Source of the DNA: Rhizodiscina lignyota
Lineage: Eukaryota
Direction: 5' to 3'
NCBI GenBank assembly: GCA_010015805.1
Contig: ML978127.1
Span: forward strand, 124,001-188,000
Length of the DNA: 64,000 bases
The translations under genes and the position numbers were made by a program. Below, one piece after another: positions 1 to 11,988 of this stretch (position 1 is its first letter; each line of letters opens with the position of its first letter). Under the pieces are notes generated by a model that did no database searches, was not told where the DNA came from, and saw nothing but the letters and a program-made list of their open reading frames with translations.

Positions 1-726
1 AACTACATCGGCCTCGACATCGCGGATGTCTCCATTCAACAAGCAAAAGAGCGGTACCGAGAAGGCTTCAACAAACGAAAGCTCCGGTTCCATGCAGACT
101 TCATCGCGAGAGACTGCTTTTCGGGTACTCTCGCAGACGTTCCCCAAGTGGCATCCATCGGGTACGACACATCAGGCGGAGATAGATGGGCCCAAGGTGG
201 AGGTTTTGACGTCGTATCTATCATGTTCGTCATGCATTACGCATTCGAATCCGAACAGAAGGCACGAACGATGCTTCAAAACGTTTCAAATAGCTTGAAG
301 AAGGGCGGCAAGTTTATCGGAGTCATCCCAAATTCCGACGTGATCTCGGACAAGGTTGCGAAGGGTAGTAAGGAGTGGGGCAACAGCATCTACAGCGTGC
401 GGTTCCCTGGAGAGGTCCCATCAGATGGAGTGTTCAGGCCACCGTTTGGTTGGAAATACATATATCATCTTGAGGAGGCGGTTGATGCACCGGAGTACGT
501 CATCCCCTGGGAGTCGCTGAGAGGACTTGCAGAAGACTACAACCTCGAGCTTGAATTTCGAATGCCGTTTAAGGAAATTTGGGAGGAGGAGAAGGACGAC
601 CGAGAATTTGGCATGCTAGCAGAGAAGATGAGGGTCAAAGATCCTCGGACAGGAGAATTGCGCGCGTCAAAAGAGGAGTTGGAGGCGGCGTATCTTTACC
701 AAGGGTTCATTTTCTATAAGGTCTAG
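1..726 (+). CDS. ABD1: mRNA cap guanine-N7 methyltransferase, 5'-truncated by the window edge
   Basis: Frame is open from base 1 (NYIGLDIADVSIQQAKERY). Contains FDVVSIMFVMHYAFESE, GGKFIGVIPNSD and PEYVIPW, typical of the cap methyltransferase. Stop TAG at 724-726. Confidence 0.93.
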   Translation, partial: NYIGLDIADVSIQQAKERYREGFNKRKLRFHADFIARDCFSGTLADVPQVASIGYDTSGGDRWAQGGGFDVVSIMFVMHYAFESEQKARTMLQNVSNSLKKGGKFIGVIPNSDVISDKVAKGSKEWGNSIYSVRFPGEVPSDGVFRPPFGWKYIYHLEEAVDAPEYVIPWESLRGLAEDYNLELEFRMPFKEIWEEEKDDREFGMLAEKMRVKDPRTGELRASKEELEAAYLYQGFIFYKV

Positions 727-1129
727 CGGATATCCCCAAGAGCAATTTGCTTTAAGGTGTTACATGTTGAGGCAGGAAGGATTGCAATGGATCTAGCTTT
801 GAGCAGATACATGGCTGTTGGCCGGCTGACCTTGGGTGAGGGCGACCCTTCTGATCAAGTGCGTTGGTAGAGGTCCGTTCCACATAATAATCGCTACCTG
901 CCTCATATTCGGCAATCCGATGCCCAAGTCGTTCAAATGCGGCCGCGCGCACTCTTGTGCGGCGGTAGGAGTGCCAATATGATGAAATCCACCAGTCTTC
1001 CGTTGCCGAGGCTCTCGCGTGTCAACCGCTATCACGGGCTTAACAATGCCGGGGATCTTCATCCTCTGGATTCCGTGAATATCTCACCTTTCATTCTACA
1101 CCTACGACACACCAGCGAAGTTATACAAT

Positions 1130-2070
1130 ATGGTCGCAGACGCAGTCATTTACCACCCGACTGTCTCACATTACCTCAAGTTTGTCGCGACGACCAGTAA
1201 GTGCATCCTCCGCGCCTTCACCCCCGCCGCAAATGCCGAGCAGCGTGACAAAGGAAGAACCTGAAGTTATTCTCTGCACCGGAAGCTGTCACGACGTCGA
1301 ACTTCTTTTTCACTGCGGTCCAATTCGTCAAGTAACAAAGCTAACATCGCATTTCCTCCGCAGCCGGTCGCGACAAAGTCCTCCGAACTCTCCAATACTT
1401 CGCGCGCTTCTACGCGTGGTACCTTTACCGCACAAACAATCCGCAATCTGCGATCGCCCCCTATGATGCGATAAAGAAAAACTTCGGCCTCACGCGCAAG
1501 ATCCTGCGCTTTGGCAAAGTCGTCGAGCATGTCAAGGCTGCTGCCATAGCTGCGGACGCCAAGGGCGGCGACGAGGTTCTGCGCGTTTGCGCCGTCGGCA
1601 GGCAATTGGGATATGCGGGGTATATGTTCTTGGACCATCTGACTATGGTGAGTACATGCGGTTTGCCTCGTGAGAGATGGCTGGAGTGGGACCGTATGCT
1701 AATGCTTGTCTAGTTGGATTCTGCGGGTATTCGGCCGTCGCCGAACGCGAAGCGCATACAGCGAGAGGCGTATAAGGCCTGGCTCGCGGCTCTGACGTTC
1801 AGCGCGGTGGCGGGCGTATACAAGCTGTACGGGCAGCAGCAGCGCGCGCGAACGCTGAACAAGCAGGAGGCCGAGGGCGCAGTTGAGGTCAAGAAGTTGG
1901 AGAGGGAGAGGGGCGAGACTACGAGACAGCTCATCAGCGATCTCTGCGATATCACAGTGCCGACATTCGCTTTGGGATACTCGAATGTACTCGATGATGG
2001 CTTGGTTGGCCTGGCCGGAACGTTGAGCTCCATTCTGGGTCTGGTGCAGCAGTGGCAAAAGACAGCGTGA
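1130..2070 (+). CDS. PEX11: Peroxisomal biogenesis factor 11 (3 exons)
   Basis: ATG 1130 MVADAVIYHPTVSHYLKFVATT. Intron 1197-1363 joins to TGRDKVLRTLQYFARFYAWYL. Intron 1648-1713. C-terminus ...DLCDITVP...GLVGLAGTLSSILG. Confidence 0.92.
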
Positions 2071-2355
2071 AGGACGCTTGCTACATGAGGAGGGAAGAGA
2101 GAGAAACACGTTGAAGATATTGGAAGCTGAACCAAAGTTGGTCGAGGGGGCCTGAATGTTGACTTGGAGCTTTCACCCATCTTACATCTAGATCTACCTG
2201 CTTTTGTTACCCCCGTCGATATGAGCATTCTTGCCGCTTATATGGAGTTTTTGGACGCCACAGAGAAAATGAAGTCAGCCAAAAGGATATTCAAACCTCT
2301 TTCATTTGATATAAACTTCTCAAATAGCTTGATCCATGCCTGTGGCGCTGAATGT

Positions 2356-2553
2356 CACGTGTGCCCCTGGTAGGAGAAAAGATTTGGCCCAGCCTCCGAC
2401 AATCTTACCTGCTTTCCACAGGCGACAACGCCTCGTTTCCAGCGGAGTCTCCGATTGACATTTCTCTCTCGTCCATGCGGACATGCCTCAACTCGGGCGC
2501 TGACCCGCCATCATGCTCGTCGGTTGCCCGTCGGTTGCGGCCACTGGCACGTT
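2356..2553 (+). promoter_or_regulatory. Possible Pho4/NUC-1-type bHLH sites (CACGTG 2356-2361, CACGTT 2548-2553) upstream of the GIT1-like gene
   Basis: Motifs are visible, and phosphate regulation is established for GIT1-type transporters. Hexamers also occur by chance. Confidence 0.3.
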
Positions 2554-3146
2554 GGATCGTCGCGCACGATGCCCCAACGTCGCGCCTTATTCGCCGTACA
2601 TCCAGCAACATCATTGCGCAGTATCGAGTCAAGCTTTGGCGGCGACCGCGCTCTCTCCACCGTCTCCAGTGAGCATCATCGCCGCTAGGCGAAAGGCAGG
2701 CAAGTTTGTCGATGGAGAGTGCATTGTCGTGGGTTGATGGCGCCGACCAGCTTCTAGCTTCCCATGCCCATGTCCAGCTCCACCACAGCGTTCGCCAACT
2801 TCCATGGACCGAAGACCACGAGCTCGACGCCTTGCAGCTTGCGGAAATATGCAGGGAAGCCGTCGCCGCTATCATGCGACACCAAATTGGATTTATCAAT
2901 TTTTTTCTTTTCCATCTTACTCGTGACGTTGGTGCGCTGATTTGCTGCCCACCGCGCTCCTGCGCGATGCCGCTGGTGCAGATAAATATATACCCCAACG
3001 CCCCTCCATCTCTATGGCTGTCCCTTATCGTGCTGTTTGGTTCCTAGACTATTCGGTGTTCCTCATTTCCAGTTAATTGCTGTCATTTTGCAGCTTCTAC
3101 AATTGATCGCGTGGCGAAGACGATCGCCCTGCCTTGACACACGGTC

Positions 3147-5089
3147 ATGGCCGCAGCATTGGACAAAGCCATTGGCGCAGGCCACGCGCTGGTAGATCCT
3201 GAATTTGCAGAGAGACGTGGATCAATCACTCAGACGGGCAAGACCACTTGGGACCGTCTTTGGCCGGTCATTGCTTGTGGTGCTGGATTGTTCTCTGATG
3301 GCTACCTCAATGGCGTACGATACCCTAAGTGTCTCAATACTTGAGATCTAACGAAGAATTTACCATTTTCTTTGGTGGGGATTTAGTATGCTTATTTCGA
3401 GGCTAACTTGGGAGATGTACAGGTCATCGGTTCCGTCAATACAATGCTCCAGCGCATCTACACGACCGAGTACACCAACTCCCCTGCACAAAAGAACGTC
3501 TCTGCGATTACATTCGCAGGTACTGTTGTGGGCCATCTTTTATTTGGCTGGACATCCGACCACTATAGCCGCAAATGGTCTCTTCTCGTCTCGACTATCA
3601 TCTTAATTATCTTCGCGGCTCTCTGCACAGGCTCGTACGGCGCGGGCGGTAGCGTGGGTGGCTTGTTCGCCGCACTAACTGCATATCGCTTTATTCTTGG
3701 TATTGGAATTGGTGGAGAATATCCTGCTGGTAGTGTTGGATGCGCGGAGAGCACGGGAGAGCTCAAGGAAGGCACGAGGCACCGCTGGGTATGTCCTGTT
3801 TCGCGCATCATAGGGCTGAAGGAGCTAATCCCAACAGTTTATCCTCTTCACCAACGTGCAGATCGATTTTGGATTCGTCGTGGCCGCGTTCGTTCCCATG
3901 ATTGTGGTTCTCGCTACCAGTGAATCGCATTTACGCGCAGCATGGCGTATCTGTCTCGGCCTCGGCGTAATCCCGCCCCTCTCCCTTCTATACCTCCGAA
4001 TTAAGCTGCAAGAGCCTGAATCCTTCAAGCGCGAGTCGATGTCTCACACCAAGACGCCATGGTGGCTTGTTATCAAGTTCTACTGGTTCCGCCTGTTTGT
4101 TGTCTCGCTCGTCTGGTTCGTGTATGACTTCTCTGCGTACTCTTTTGGCATCTATTCCTCCAGCATCCTGGACAACCTTTTGACTGGCGGAGACCCGAAT
4201 GCGACTTACCCACTTTGGAAGTCATTTGGCTGGAATACGATTCTCAACTTGTGGTACATGCCTGGTGCCATTGCGGGTAGCTTCATCTCCGACACGCGTC
4301 TCGGGCCAAAATGGACTCTCATCATCTTCATGGCTCTGCAGTCTATTGTGGGCTATATCATGGCAGCTTGCTATGGAACACTTTCCAAGCCGGAGCATGT
4401 CGGTTCATTTGTCGCTGTGTACGGTATTTTCCTTGCCCTCGGCGAAGTCGGACCTGGCGATAATATCGGCCTGTGCGCAAGCAAGACTAGCGCTACTGGT
4501 ATTCGGTAAGTTATATATCTCAAACACATTCCAAACGTGGCAGAAAAGAGTATGCTGGAGTCCTGTGTGTTCGTTTTGCAGGGAAATGCGTACCAGTTGG
4601 GGATCGGCTTTAACCTCCATGACGCGGTTTGCATGCTCTCGCACACCGTTTTGCAAGAATGGATTGGACCCCGAAAATTAGTTCCCACACGATTTCTAAC
4701 GTCTTACCAGTGGCCAATACTATGGGATCGCCGCCGCTTGGGGCAAAGTTGGCGCCTTCATCGGCACCTACATCCTCCCGGTCATCCAGGACAACGCCGC
4801 TACCAAGCTCCAAGCCGGCCAGAATCCTTTCTGGGTCGCGTCCAGCATGGCCATGTTTGCGAGCTTCATGGCACTGGTCGGCCTGCCCGCTATCAGGCAG
4901 AATACCATCGAGTACGAGGACATCAAGTTTAGAGAGTACCTCATGGCGAACGGGTACGACACGAGCAAGATGGGACTCAAGAGGGTAGATACGGAGGAAA
5001 GTGAGGAAGTTACGAACATGCATGGAATTGGTATGGACGGGAAAGACACAGATACTGGGAATGGTTTTCATCCGCCTGACAAGATCTAA
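3147..5089 (+). CDS. MFS glycerophosphodiester (glycerophosphoinositol) transporter, GIT1-like (4 exons)
   Basis: IACGAGLFSDGYLNG, RFILGIGIGGEYPAGSV and GEVGPGDNIGLCASKT motifs. Introns approx. 3315-3422, 3789-3837 and 4506-4710. Many hydrophobic helices. Confidence 0.88.
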
Positions 5090-6901
5090 TTTGGTGCTCC
5101 GCAATGCAGAGCAAAGTTTCTTCGGTCGGTGCGAGACTGATTAATCATATCCAGATGCTGCGTTCCCGCGCTATCTATTACAGGTATCCGAGCGGACTAC
5201 TCTCATTATGCAGCCTACGATTTATAATATAACGACATATTCCACCATTTCTCGACAAAGTTTGTTGCTGGCCAGACATTTCTTAACTCAATAGGCCGCC
5301 TGCCATGACAACCGCGCATAGAGGCTCTCAAGTCTACACGGGAGATTAGACTACATTGGAGGAGCGTGCGATAATATAGTAAGTCGCCTCTGCAGATACT
5401 TTCGCACGAATCCTATGAAGCGGTGTGAGACGCGATGTGATTCGAGGGATTCGGCGCGGAGATCTCGAGCGGAACACTCAAGAAGGCTGGCACCCTTTCA
5501 AGAATAACAAGACAAAGGCCTCAGCGAGATTACTACTAAACTTGATCATTTGAGGAAGTACGAATGACCTGAAGCAAAAGGAGACCGAAAGTAGGTCAAC
5601 CAAGCAATTTGATCAACGGGGGAGGTTGTTTCTCTATTTGCCGAACAAGATTCGACCGAGCATTTGATTGCGGCGGTAGCCTCTCATTGCAGGCTGCTCA
5701 CAAGTGTCGACAGGCTGTTTGCTCAATGCAGTAGTCTTCTGATATGAATCGCGACCGGAGGTCGGCCAGGCAAACCCGTTGGTGTAGAAGCCTACTGCCT
5801 GGTGCTGCGAGCGAGGGCCCAGCAGCGTCTTGATTAATGCAGTGATCTTAATTGTATTCAGCGGACGTACATCGACCGGACGATTCCGACAGACCTCTAA
5901 TTTATTGATAGAGTTTGGGAACGAGCGCTAGCTGAAGATCCGATGGATGCGGTGAGCCTTCGCGCTACTCGGCGGAACGAGAGGATACACAGCTTGAGTA
6001 TCGTCGAAGCGAAGTAAGGGTTCATTTGCCTGACGCTTGCATACGGATTGGACGCAAGCCAGTGATTTGGCGTTGGTGGTTGGAGCAGGTTAGGCATTAC
6101 ACCGTAACCGGGGTATCCAGCTTGCATCTGTGGCATGAATGGGCCTTGCGGCACCATCTGCTGTTGGCCATGATGTTGACTGTCCCGGCCTTGGACTTGA
6201 GCTTCGATTTGATGGCATATCGATTGAAGAAAGGGAGATAAAGAGACACTCCCCTAACCTTTACAGGTGAATGAGGAAATTCTGGGCACTTTCAAGAGTG
6301 AAACTCACAGCGAAGCGCTGTGAGAGAAAGTATCGCATCACTATCTGTCCGCTCACTGATACTCTGCTCTCATCCTCATGGGTAATCGGGGGCTCGGCGG
6401 GTGACTCGGGGATATCAAGAGGCGTCGGGATCGGATCTAGAAAAGCACAAGTTAAAAGTTGAAGGTATAGTGCTCAAAGCTCCTTCATCTATGTGCGGCG
6501 GCTCAGTACGAAAGAGAAACGATCACACATCGATTGAGCTGTTTGGCTATTGTAGGAGTGTTGTAATACGACATGAGATTAAAGGAAAGAGATGCAAAGT
6601 GATAGAACTTGGGCTTAGAAGAGCACTAGCACTGTGGGATAGGCACTCTGACTGAGAGAGCGATCCGCTGTAGTGTTGCAAAGCCTGCTCATGAGTCGAT
6701 ATAGCTGTTGATTTTTGCTGGCCGTTATTTAATAGGCCTACCGTAATGTCTGAGAAGTAAACTGAGCAGTAGGCTCCCTCTCTCCTGTAATTCTGCCTCG
6801 AATGTCCCAAGTTCTCTTCGATAGAAGCAATCTCTATGCGCCCAACATGGCAATATCTCCGTAGCCCCGTCTGTAAACCAACCTCGCTCTTCATCCAAGC
6901 C

Positions 6902-8593
6902 CTACTCGTAAATCTCATTCCTCATGTCCCTTATCCTCTGCTCGATCGCCTCCCTCCCCGCTCTTGCCCGTACCTCATCTTCATACAAGTCTTGCATCTC
7001 CACCTGCATCTCCCTTAGCTCGCTCAAATGCTCTATATACCATGCGCGCTCGTAGCGCAGCCGCATCTCCGTACCCACATCAAACGCCAATTCGCGACAC
7101 AAGGGACATGTCATGTTTACTGGGAGCCAGGGGATGATACAGCCCTTATGGAAGGTGTGACCGCACTTCAGCTCCTTCAGCTCGTCTGCGAGCTTGTATT
7201 CGAACTGGCAGATGGTGCACTTGCCGACATGGCTAAGGATCGCGCGGGATGGGAAGATGTGCGTGCGTTTCTTCGTAGCGGACACGGTATGTACGGGAAG
7301 ATTGTCGATGGCCTCTCGGAGCCTTGTCAGATTGGGCAGATCCCCTGCACCAATTGCTTCCTCCTCCGAATCTTCCTCGTCGTCGGTGTGGTCAGGCTCC
7401 CGCTCACTGTCGATGGTCGTCGATAGCTCGGAAGCTGCCCGGTCAGCTTCTGACCGTGCATATGCTCCTGGTCCACCTTGCGCAGCGTGGTGGCTGCCGC
7501 TGGCGGCAATGGTGTCGCTAGGAGCAGTAAACGGTTGTAGGGGGGTTGGGGAGAGCCTGAATGGAAGGGCTTCAGTCCCCTCTCCAATCACCTCTCGGAA
7601 CAGACTTTCAACCCCAGCATTCTGACGATCTAATCGAGGTGGGGTGCGAGATGCAGATGCTGTTTGGCGGCGCCGCATGGGGTCTTCGTTGCGAGGCTGC
7701 TGAGAAGCGTTCGCCTGCTGCGATTCGGTTGTCGAGGAGGTACTCCTGATGCTCAGGTCGAGTTGAGCACTATTCCGAGAATGTTGAGCATCGACGTTTC
7801 CATCCAGGCCACCATCGGATCTATGTGAGGCCAAAACTGCAGCGCCAACCTCAGCCTCTCGAGCAAGTGCGCGTATTGCTTGCAAGGCTTGCTCCGATAT
7901 GTGGCTGTATTTATTGATCAGGTACTCGTCGACGGCGTAGCGATACGCTGTCCGCAGAACTGGGTCGTTCCTACTCCACCGGTCCAAAAGTCCATCTATA
8001 TCTCTTTGCCAATCCAAGTGAGCGACCTGCTGTGGGTTTACGAGCTCATCCAAAGCGCGTCCGCATTCCACCCAGCTGTTATCGTGGGTTTCCAATTGCT
8101 CATAGTTCATCAGCCGGTTGAAGAACTCGATTTCTGGGTATGCAGCGGAATCTCCTTCGAAACGCTCCGCCAGAAAACCATCCACTGCATATTGATATAC
8201 TCTACAGCGACGGCGGTTTTCGGCAAACTGCTCTTCGAAGAGTAAGAAGAGCGTCTCTCGCCATTCGTCTCTGTCGCTCCTACTAGTATTCAACTCCTGC
8301 ACACGAGTCCGCACCTCCTTTATTCGAAGTCCTGACTCTGCGAATGCTGGTAAAGGTCTCCGGGCTTCGTGACCTTGTGCTTGATCTGGCGCCTCGACAT
8401 TGTTTTGGCTTAGAATTTCGCTTAGGAGTGAGTTTATTCCTCGAGGAGGAAGCGAGCCAGGAAGCATCACTGTATTGGATGGGAGCAGCCGTGCTCCTAT
8501 GGGAAAAGAAGCTACCAAATCCGGCAATCGATTCGCCCTAGCCAAGTTTCTGGCTGCATTGAGTTCCACCAACCAAATATTCTCTCTGGACAT
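6902..8593 (-). CDS. RING-H2 zinc-finger protein (putative E3 ubiquitin ligase), intronless
   Basis: Long ORF with C-terminal CTIC-x14-CGHTFHKGC-x10-CPLC (C3H2C3). First ATG at 8593; the ORF track start at 8671 is a TTG. Confidence 0.8.
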   Translation of the reverse strand: MSRENIWLVELNAARNLARANRLPDLVASFPIGARLLPSNTVMLPGSLPPRGINSLLSEILSQNNVEAPDQAQGHEARRPLPAFAESGLRIKEVRTRVQELNTSRSDRDEWRETLFLLFEEQFAENRRRCRVYQYAVDGFLAERFEGDSAAYPEIEFFNRLMNYEQLETHDNSWVECGRALDELVNPQQVAHLDWQRDIDGLLDRWSRNDPVLRTAYRYAVDEYLINKYSHISEQALQAIRALAREAEVGAAVLASHRSDGGLDGNVDAQHSRNSAQLDLSIRSTSSTTESQQANASQQPRNEDPMRRRQTASASRTPPRLDRQNAGVESLFREVIGEGTEALPFRLSPTPLQPFTAPSDTIAASGSHHAAQGGPGAYARSEADRAASELSTTIDSEREPDHTDDEEDSEEEAIGAGDLPNLTRLREAIDNLPVHTVSATKKRTHIFPSRAILSHVGKCTICQFEYKLADELKELKCGHTFHKGCIIPWLPVNMTCPLCRELAFDVGTEMRLRYERAWYIEHLSELREMQVEMQDLYEDEVRARAGREAIEQRIRDMRNEIYE

Positions 8594-9644
8594 TCTGGTT
8601 GGAGGCTGCGACAAGGAGATTAGCTGTGACCAAACCACGTTGCAACACTGTCTACTAACCGTGATGTCCAAGTTTTATTCGGTGAGATGGGGTATGCGAC
8701 GCCTTGACTCGCGAGGCGAAGAGCTGGATCAACAGTCGAGTTTGGTTGCCAACTGACAACAGAACTCCTGTTAACCGGTGGATGCTGTGTAGCCGATGAA
8801 GGGCGAGGAGGATATGATGGAGGTGAGGAGGAAAGTGATCCAAGAGGCAGAATATAAAGGATATATGTGGTGTTGATGTTGGACTGTCGACACAGAGGAG
8901 TACTATTTCACGAGAGCAACTAGCGCTGGTGGTGAAGATAGGGACACACAAGTAGATGCGTGCTGTGTCGAAGCTCTCTGCTGTATGATAGGATCAGGGT
9001 ATAAGCTTGAGGGTGTCTAGCCAGGCGGAGTGGAGTAGAGGACACCAATTCGATGATGCCAGGAGAAAGGAAAAGAAGACGGTGGTGAAGCTTTGGTATC
9101 AAGTGAGAGACAAGACGTGGTCCTAGTGTCCTAACTGGTTGCTTTGCAGTCCCAATTAGGCTTTCGTCACGGGAAACGCACTAGGTTCCGCGTGGCTGGT
9201 GAGGTGATTGTCTTGGCCACGCTCACTATGGTCCATGACAGTTTTTCTTCCTCACGACACAGAAAACTTCTCAACAGAAACACCACCATCCCAAAACCTT
9301 CATCCCCGATCTCTTTTCCTTACATCTGCACATCCACAACAGCTCCCGAAAGAGGCAGACGCCGAATTCGAATCCAGTACCCGTGGCCCTGAGCGGGTAG
9401 TCAACTTTCTTGCCCTCCTATCCAGCTAGACGGCGGCCGTGCTCGTCATTGTGCCTTTCAAATTGAACCCCAGAGCCAACAAGCTGCCAGAGGACACGCA
9501 CCATCAACGTCAAGCCCGCCGACAAGGACTCGAACGCATCCTGCAATTACAGCAAGCCATCACCGATCTCGACGGCGACAACACTCAGCAAGCCTGTTAC
9601 CAGGGACACCTATAATAGCGCCACCGGCTCATATCGTAACGAAG

Positions 9645-11174
9645 ATGACTTCCACGATGCAAGGAACAAGCTCAGGAAGACCTGATCCTCGAGGAAACGT
9701 CCACATTACGCGCTTCCTCTTCGACCCTAACCTCACACCCGCCGAGTACAATGGGTGTTTCATCCTACCGCCACCAGAGAACGCTGCGTTGCGACTCCGT
9801 CCAGCGAACACCCTGACTAAGGACGGCGCGATCATTCAGACCTTTCACAACGCTGTGCAAATGAACGAGGACATCCCCACGCCTTGGAACGGATACTCCG
9901 ACCCGTCGCTTCAGGCAGCGTTGGCACAGCTGCGCGCATACGTCGGATATATGGAGCTCAGCATCGTCAAAGTAAGCGGAGACAAAGAGATCTTGACTGG
10001 AGACGTCGGAGAAGAAGAGCCCCGCCAAGGCATAGAATATGTGATCAATAGGGAAACACATCTTCTTAACTCTACTGGCGACGCCATGGCCGTTGACGAA
10101 TTGACGTACTATCTCGACCAGAACGACTGGATAGCATTAAAGGACTCTGACGGAAATGGAATGGATAGCACAGCATGGCTGGAACTCGACAAAGTGCTCC
10201 ATCGAAAGACTGATGTTGCGTTCTACGAAGTAGAAAGCAAACTTACCCCTGAGCTGGTCGCCAAGGCAGAGATCGAGTACTATCGCTGGAAGAACGCATA
10301 TCCGATCAAGGCTGCGGTGTCCGAGAAGCTGAGAGACGCGAACTACGGCAACCTGGCGAACGTGAACGGCGAAGTGATCGTCTCTCATGACGGTCATGTC
10401 GAGGGTTCGGATCCGACAGACTTGAAGTGTCCTCTCTGCTCCAACAACCTGGGATCCTCAACACAGAGCGAACACGGCCCGGTCTACGTCGACAAGGTAT
10501 GTGACCACGTCGTCGGGAAGTCCTGCCTCGAGAATCAGGTCATCTACGCCATGAATGGAGAAGAGCCCCGATGCCCCGTCTGCAAGCTTCTGTACGAGTT
10601 CAGACCCACGAATGCCACAGAAGTTGGGATGACGGATGATCAATGGGCTGATGAAGTCTGGTCGCGCTGGAGCCAAGAATTCGTCAAGCAGACATATGAC
10701 TCCGGCATCATCTACTTTCACAACGTGGAGGAAGTTGCCAACCATGTGACAGCGGCCAGCGCAACCACACCGCACGCTCTTCTCCATGCCGAGCTGCTGG
10801 CGTCGATTCCATTCTTACGGGCTCGCATATATGCTTCAGACGTTCGCCATCAGGAGTGGACCAACGGAAAGCTCGTACAAGAGCTGGTCAAGGCTGTGAG
10901 GAGGGGCTTCCAGGCCGCAACGGAGGTGCCAGTGTCATGGCGCAAGGGCCTGGGCCTCGAGGAGCACACGGCCAACGGCTTCTGGAAGTACCTAGAGTCG
11001 AAGCTCTGGGATGCGCTCATCTTGGTCCCGCGAGGCCCGGCCGTTTCGAAGAGGGCGATGCTGGCGCTGCGAGGACTTGGTCCCAGCGATTTTGAGGAGG
11101 TGTTGGGCGGTCCGCCCACTACATGGTTCATCGAGGAGCGTCGGTATCTGGAGAGGGAGGGTGAGGCCGCATAG
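9645..11174 (+). CDS. RING-variant zinc-finger protein, intronless
   Basis: 509-aa ORF with CPLC...CDHVVGKSC...CPVC (RING with Gly at the fifth ligand position). The rest is unrecognised. Confidence 0.72.
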   Translation: MTSTMQGTSSGRPDPRGNVHITRFLFDPNLTPAEYNGCFILPPPENAALRLRPANTLTKDGAIIQTFHNAVQMNEDIPTPWNGYSDPSLQAALAQLRAYVGYMELSIVKVSGDKEILTGDVGEEEPRQGIEYVINRETHLLNSTGDAMAVDELTYYLDQNDWIALKDSDGNGMDSTAWLELDKVLHRKTDVAFYEVESKLTPELVAKAEIEYYRWKNAYPIKAAVSEKLRDANYGNLANVNGEVIVSHDGHVEGSDPTDLKCPLCSNNLGSSTQSEHGPVYVDKVCDHVVGKSCLENQVIYAMNGEEPRCPVCKLLYEFRPTNATEVGMTDDQWADEVWSRWSQEFVKQTYDSGIIYFHNVEEVANHVTAASATTPHALLHAELLASIPFLRARIYASDVRHQEWTNGKLVQELVKAVRRGFQAATEVPVSWRKGLGLEEHTANGFWKYLESKLWDALILVPRGPAVSKRAMLALRGLGPSDFEEVLGGPPTTWFIEERRYLEREGEAA

Positions 11175-11988
11175 GGCAAGATGATACAGGAACTTCCTTC
11201 ATCATGGCTACAGAAAGGGGGAAGGGGTTGTGGGTGTGCGCCGTCATCGAGGTGAGGTTGGAGGTCAGGGAGCGGGCTTGGCGAGGTCGAGAAGTGGTTC
11301 GGCACGCGCCGACGCTTGGCAAATCTTTCATCCCAACTCCTTGTCTCTTTGTCCAACGACTTTCTTTTACACATTTTCATTATCGGTTTGGGAAAACAAA
11401 AAGCCCTCTTGGAGAGAACCAAAGGGTGAAAAGCACTCGGTGTGCGAACGTCGATGAGCACTCAAGAGCAGGGAAAGGGATGGGCCCGTCCCTGACCCCG
11501 AGCTCTGTGTTCTCGTTCTCACACTTTTCCTTTGTATACTTGCGGTACCGGTTCGGGATAAAGACAGTTCCTCTAGGGAGAGTAGAGCTATAAAATGACA
11601 CTCAGTCACATCTCATAAAGAAGTGCGCAGGAGCAGTGCAAACGATCTCTCGCGCCGCAAACGCGCCATCTCAACAGGGCCTCCAGTGATCTCCAGATCT
11701 ATTGTTTGTTATCTGTTTGGCCGCTAATTGCCAGTGTGCCTTGAAATCCTGCATATCTGATCTCCCTTTATTCCGCATTTCAAATTGTGTATTCAGTTGA
11801 GTCCAATTCAGCGGCTGAAACGATTACTTGCATTTCCTTGTCGCTTCACCTGAAAGGCGGACCTCTTCAGCAAGTTGAATTATCAAGCTACTCAAGCTAT
11901 TGCTACTCTTGCAAAACCAGTGTTGAAGCCTTTGTTCCTTCTCTCTCGTGAACGCCATATACCAGTCCTTTTCCACCTAGCGCTTGGG

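Noticed and set aside
5897..6460. Q/P/M-rich minus-strand ORF (MVPQGPFMPQMQAGYPGYG...) with splice-like signals upstream
   Set aside because: Could not build a consistent gene model or recognise a domain. It may be a small or decayed gene but is unsupported.
9520..9545. GTTCGAGTCC (minus strand) resembling a tRNA T-loop / B box
   Set aside because: Flanks do not form a T-stem or cloverleaf.
11370..11582. Weakly similar pair of about 37-nt segments (11381-11416 and 11546-11582) downstream of the second RING gene
   Set aside because: Similarity is too low and short to call a repeat or element.
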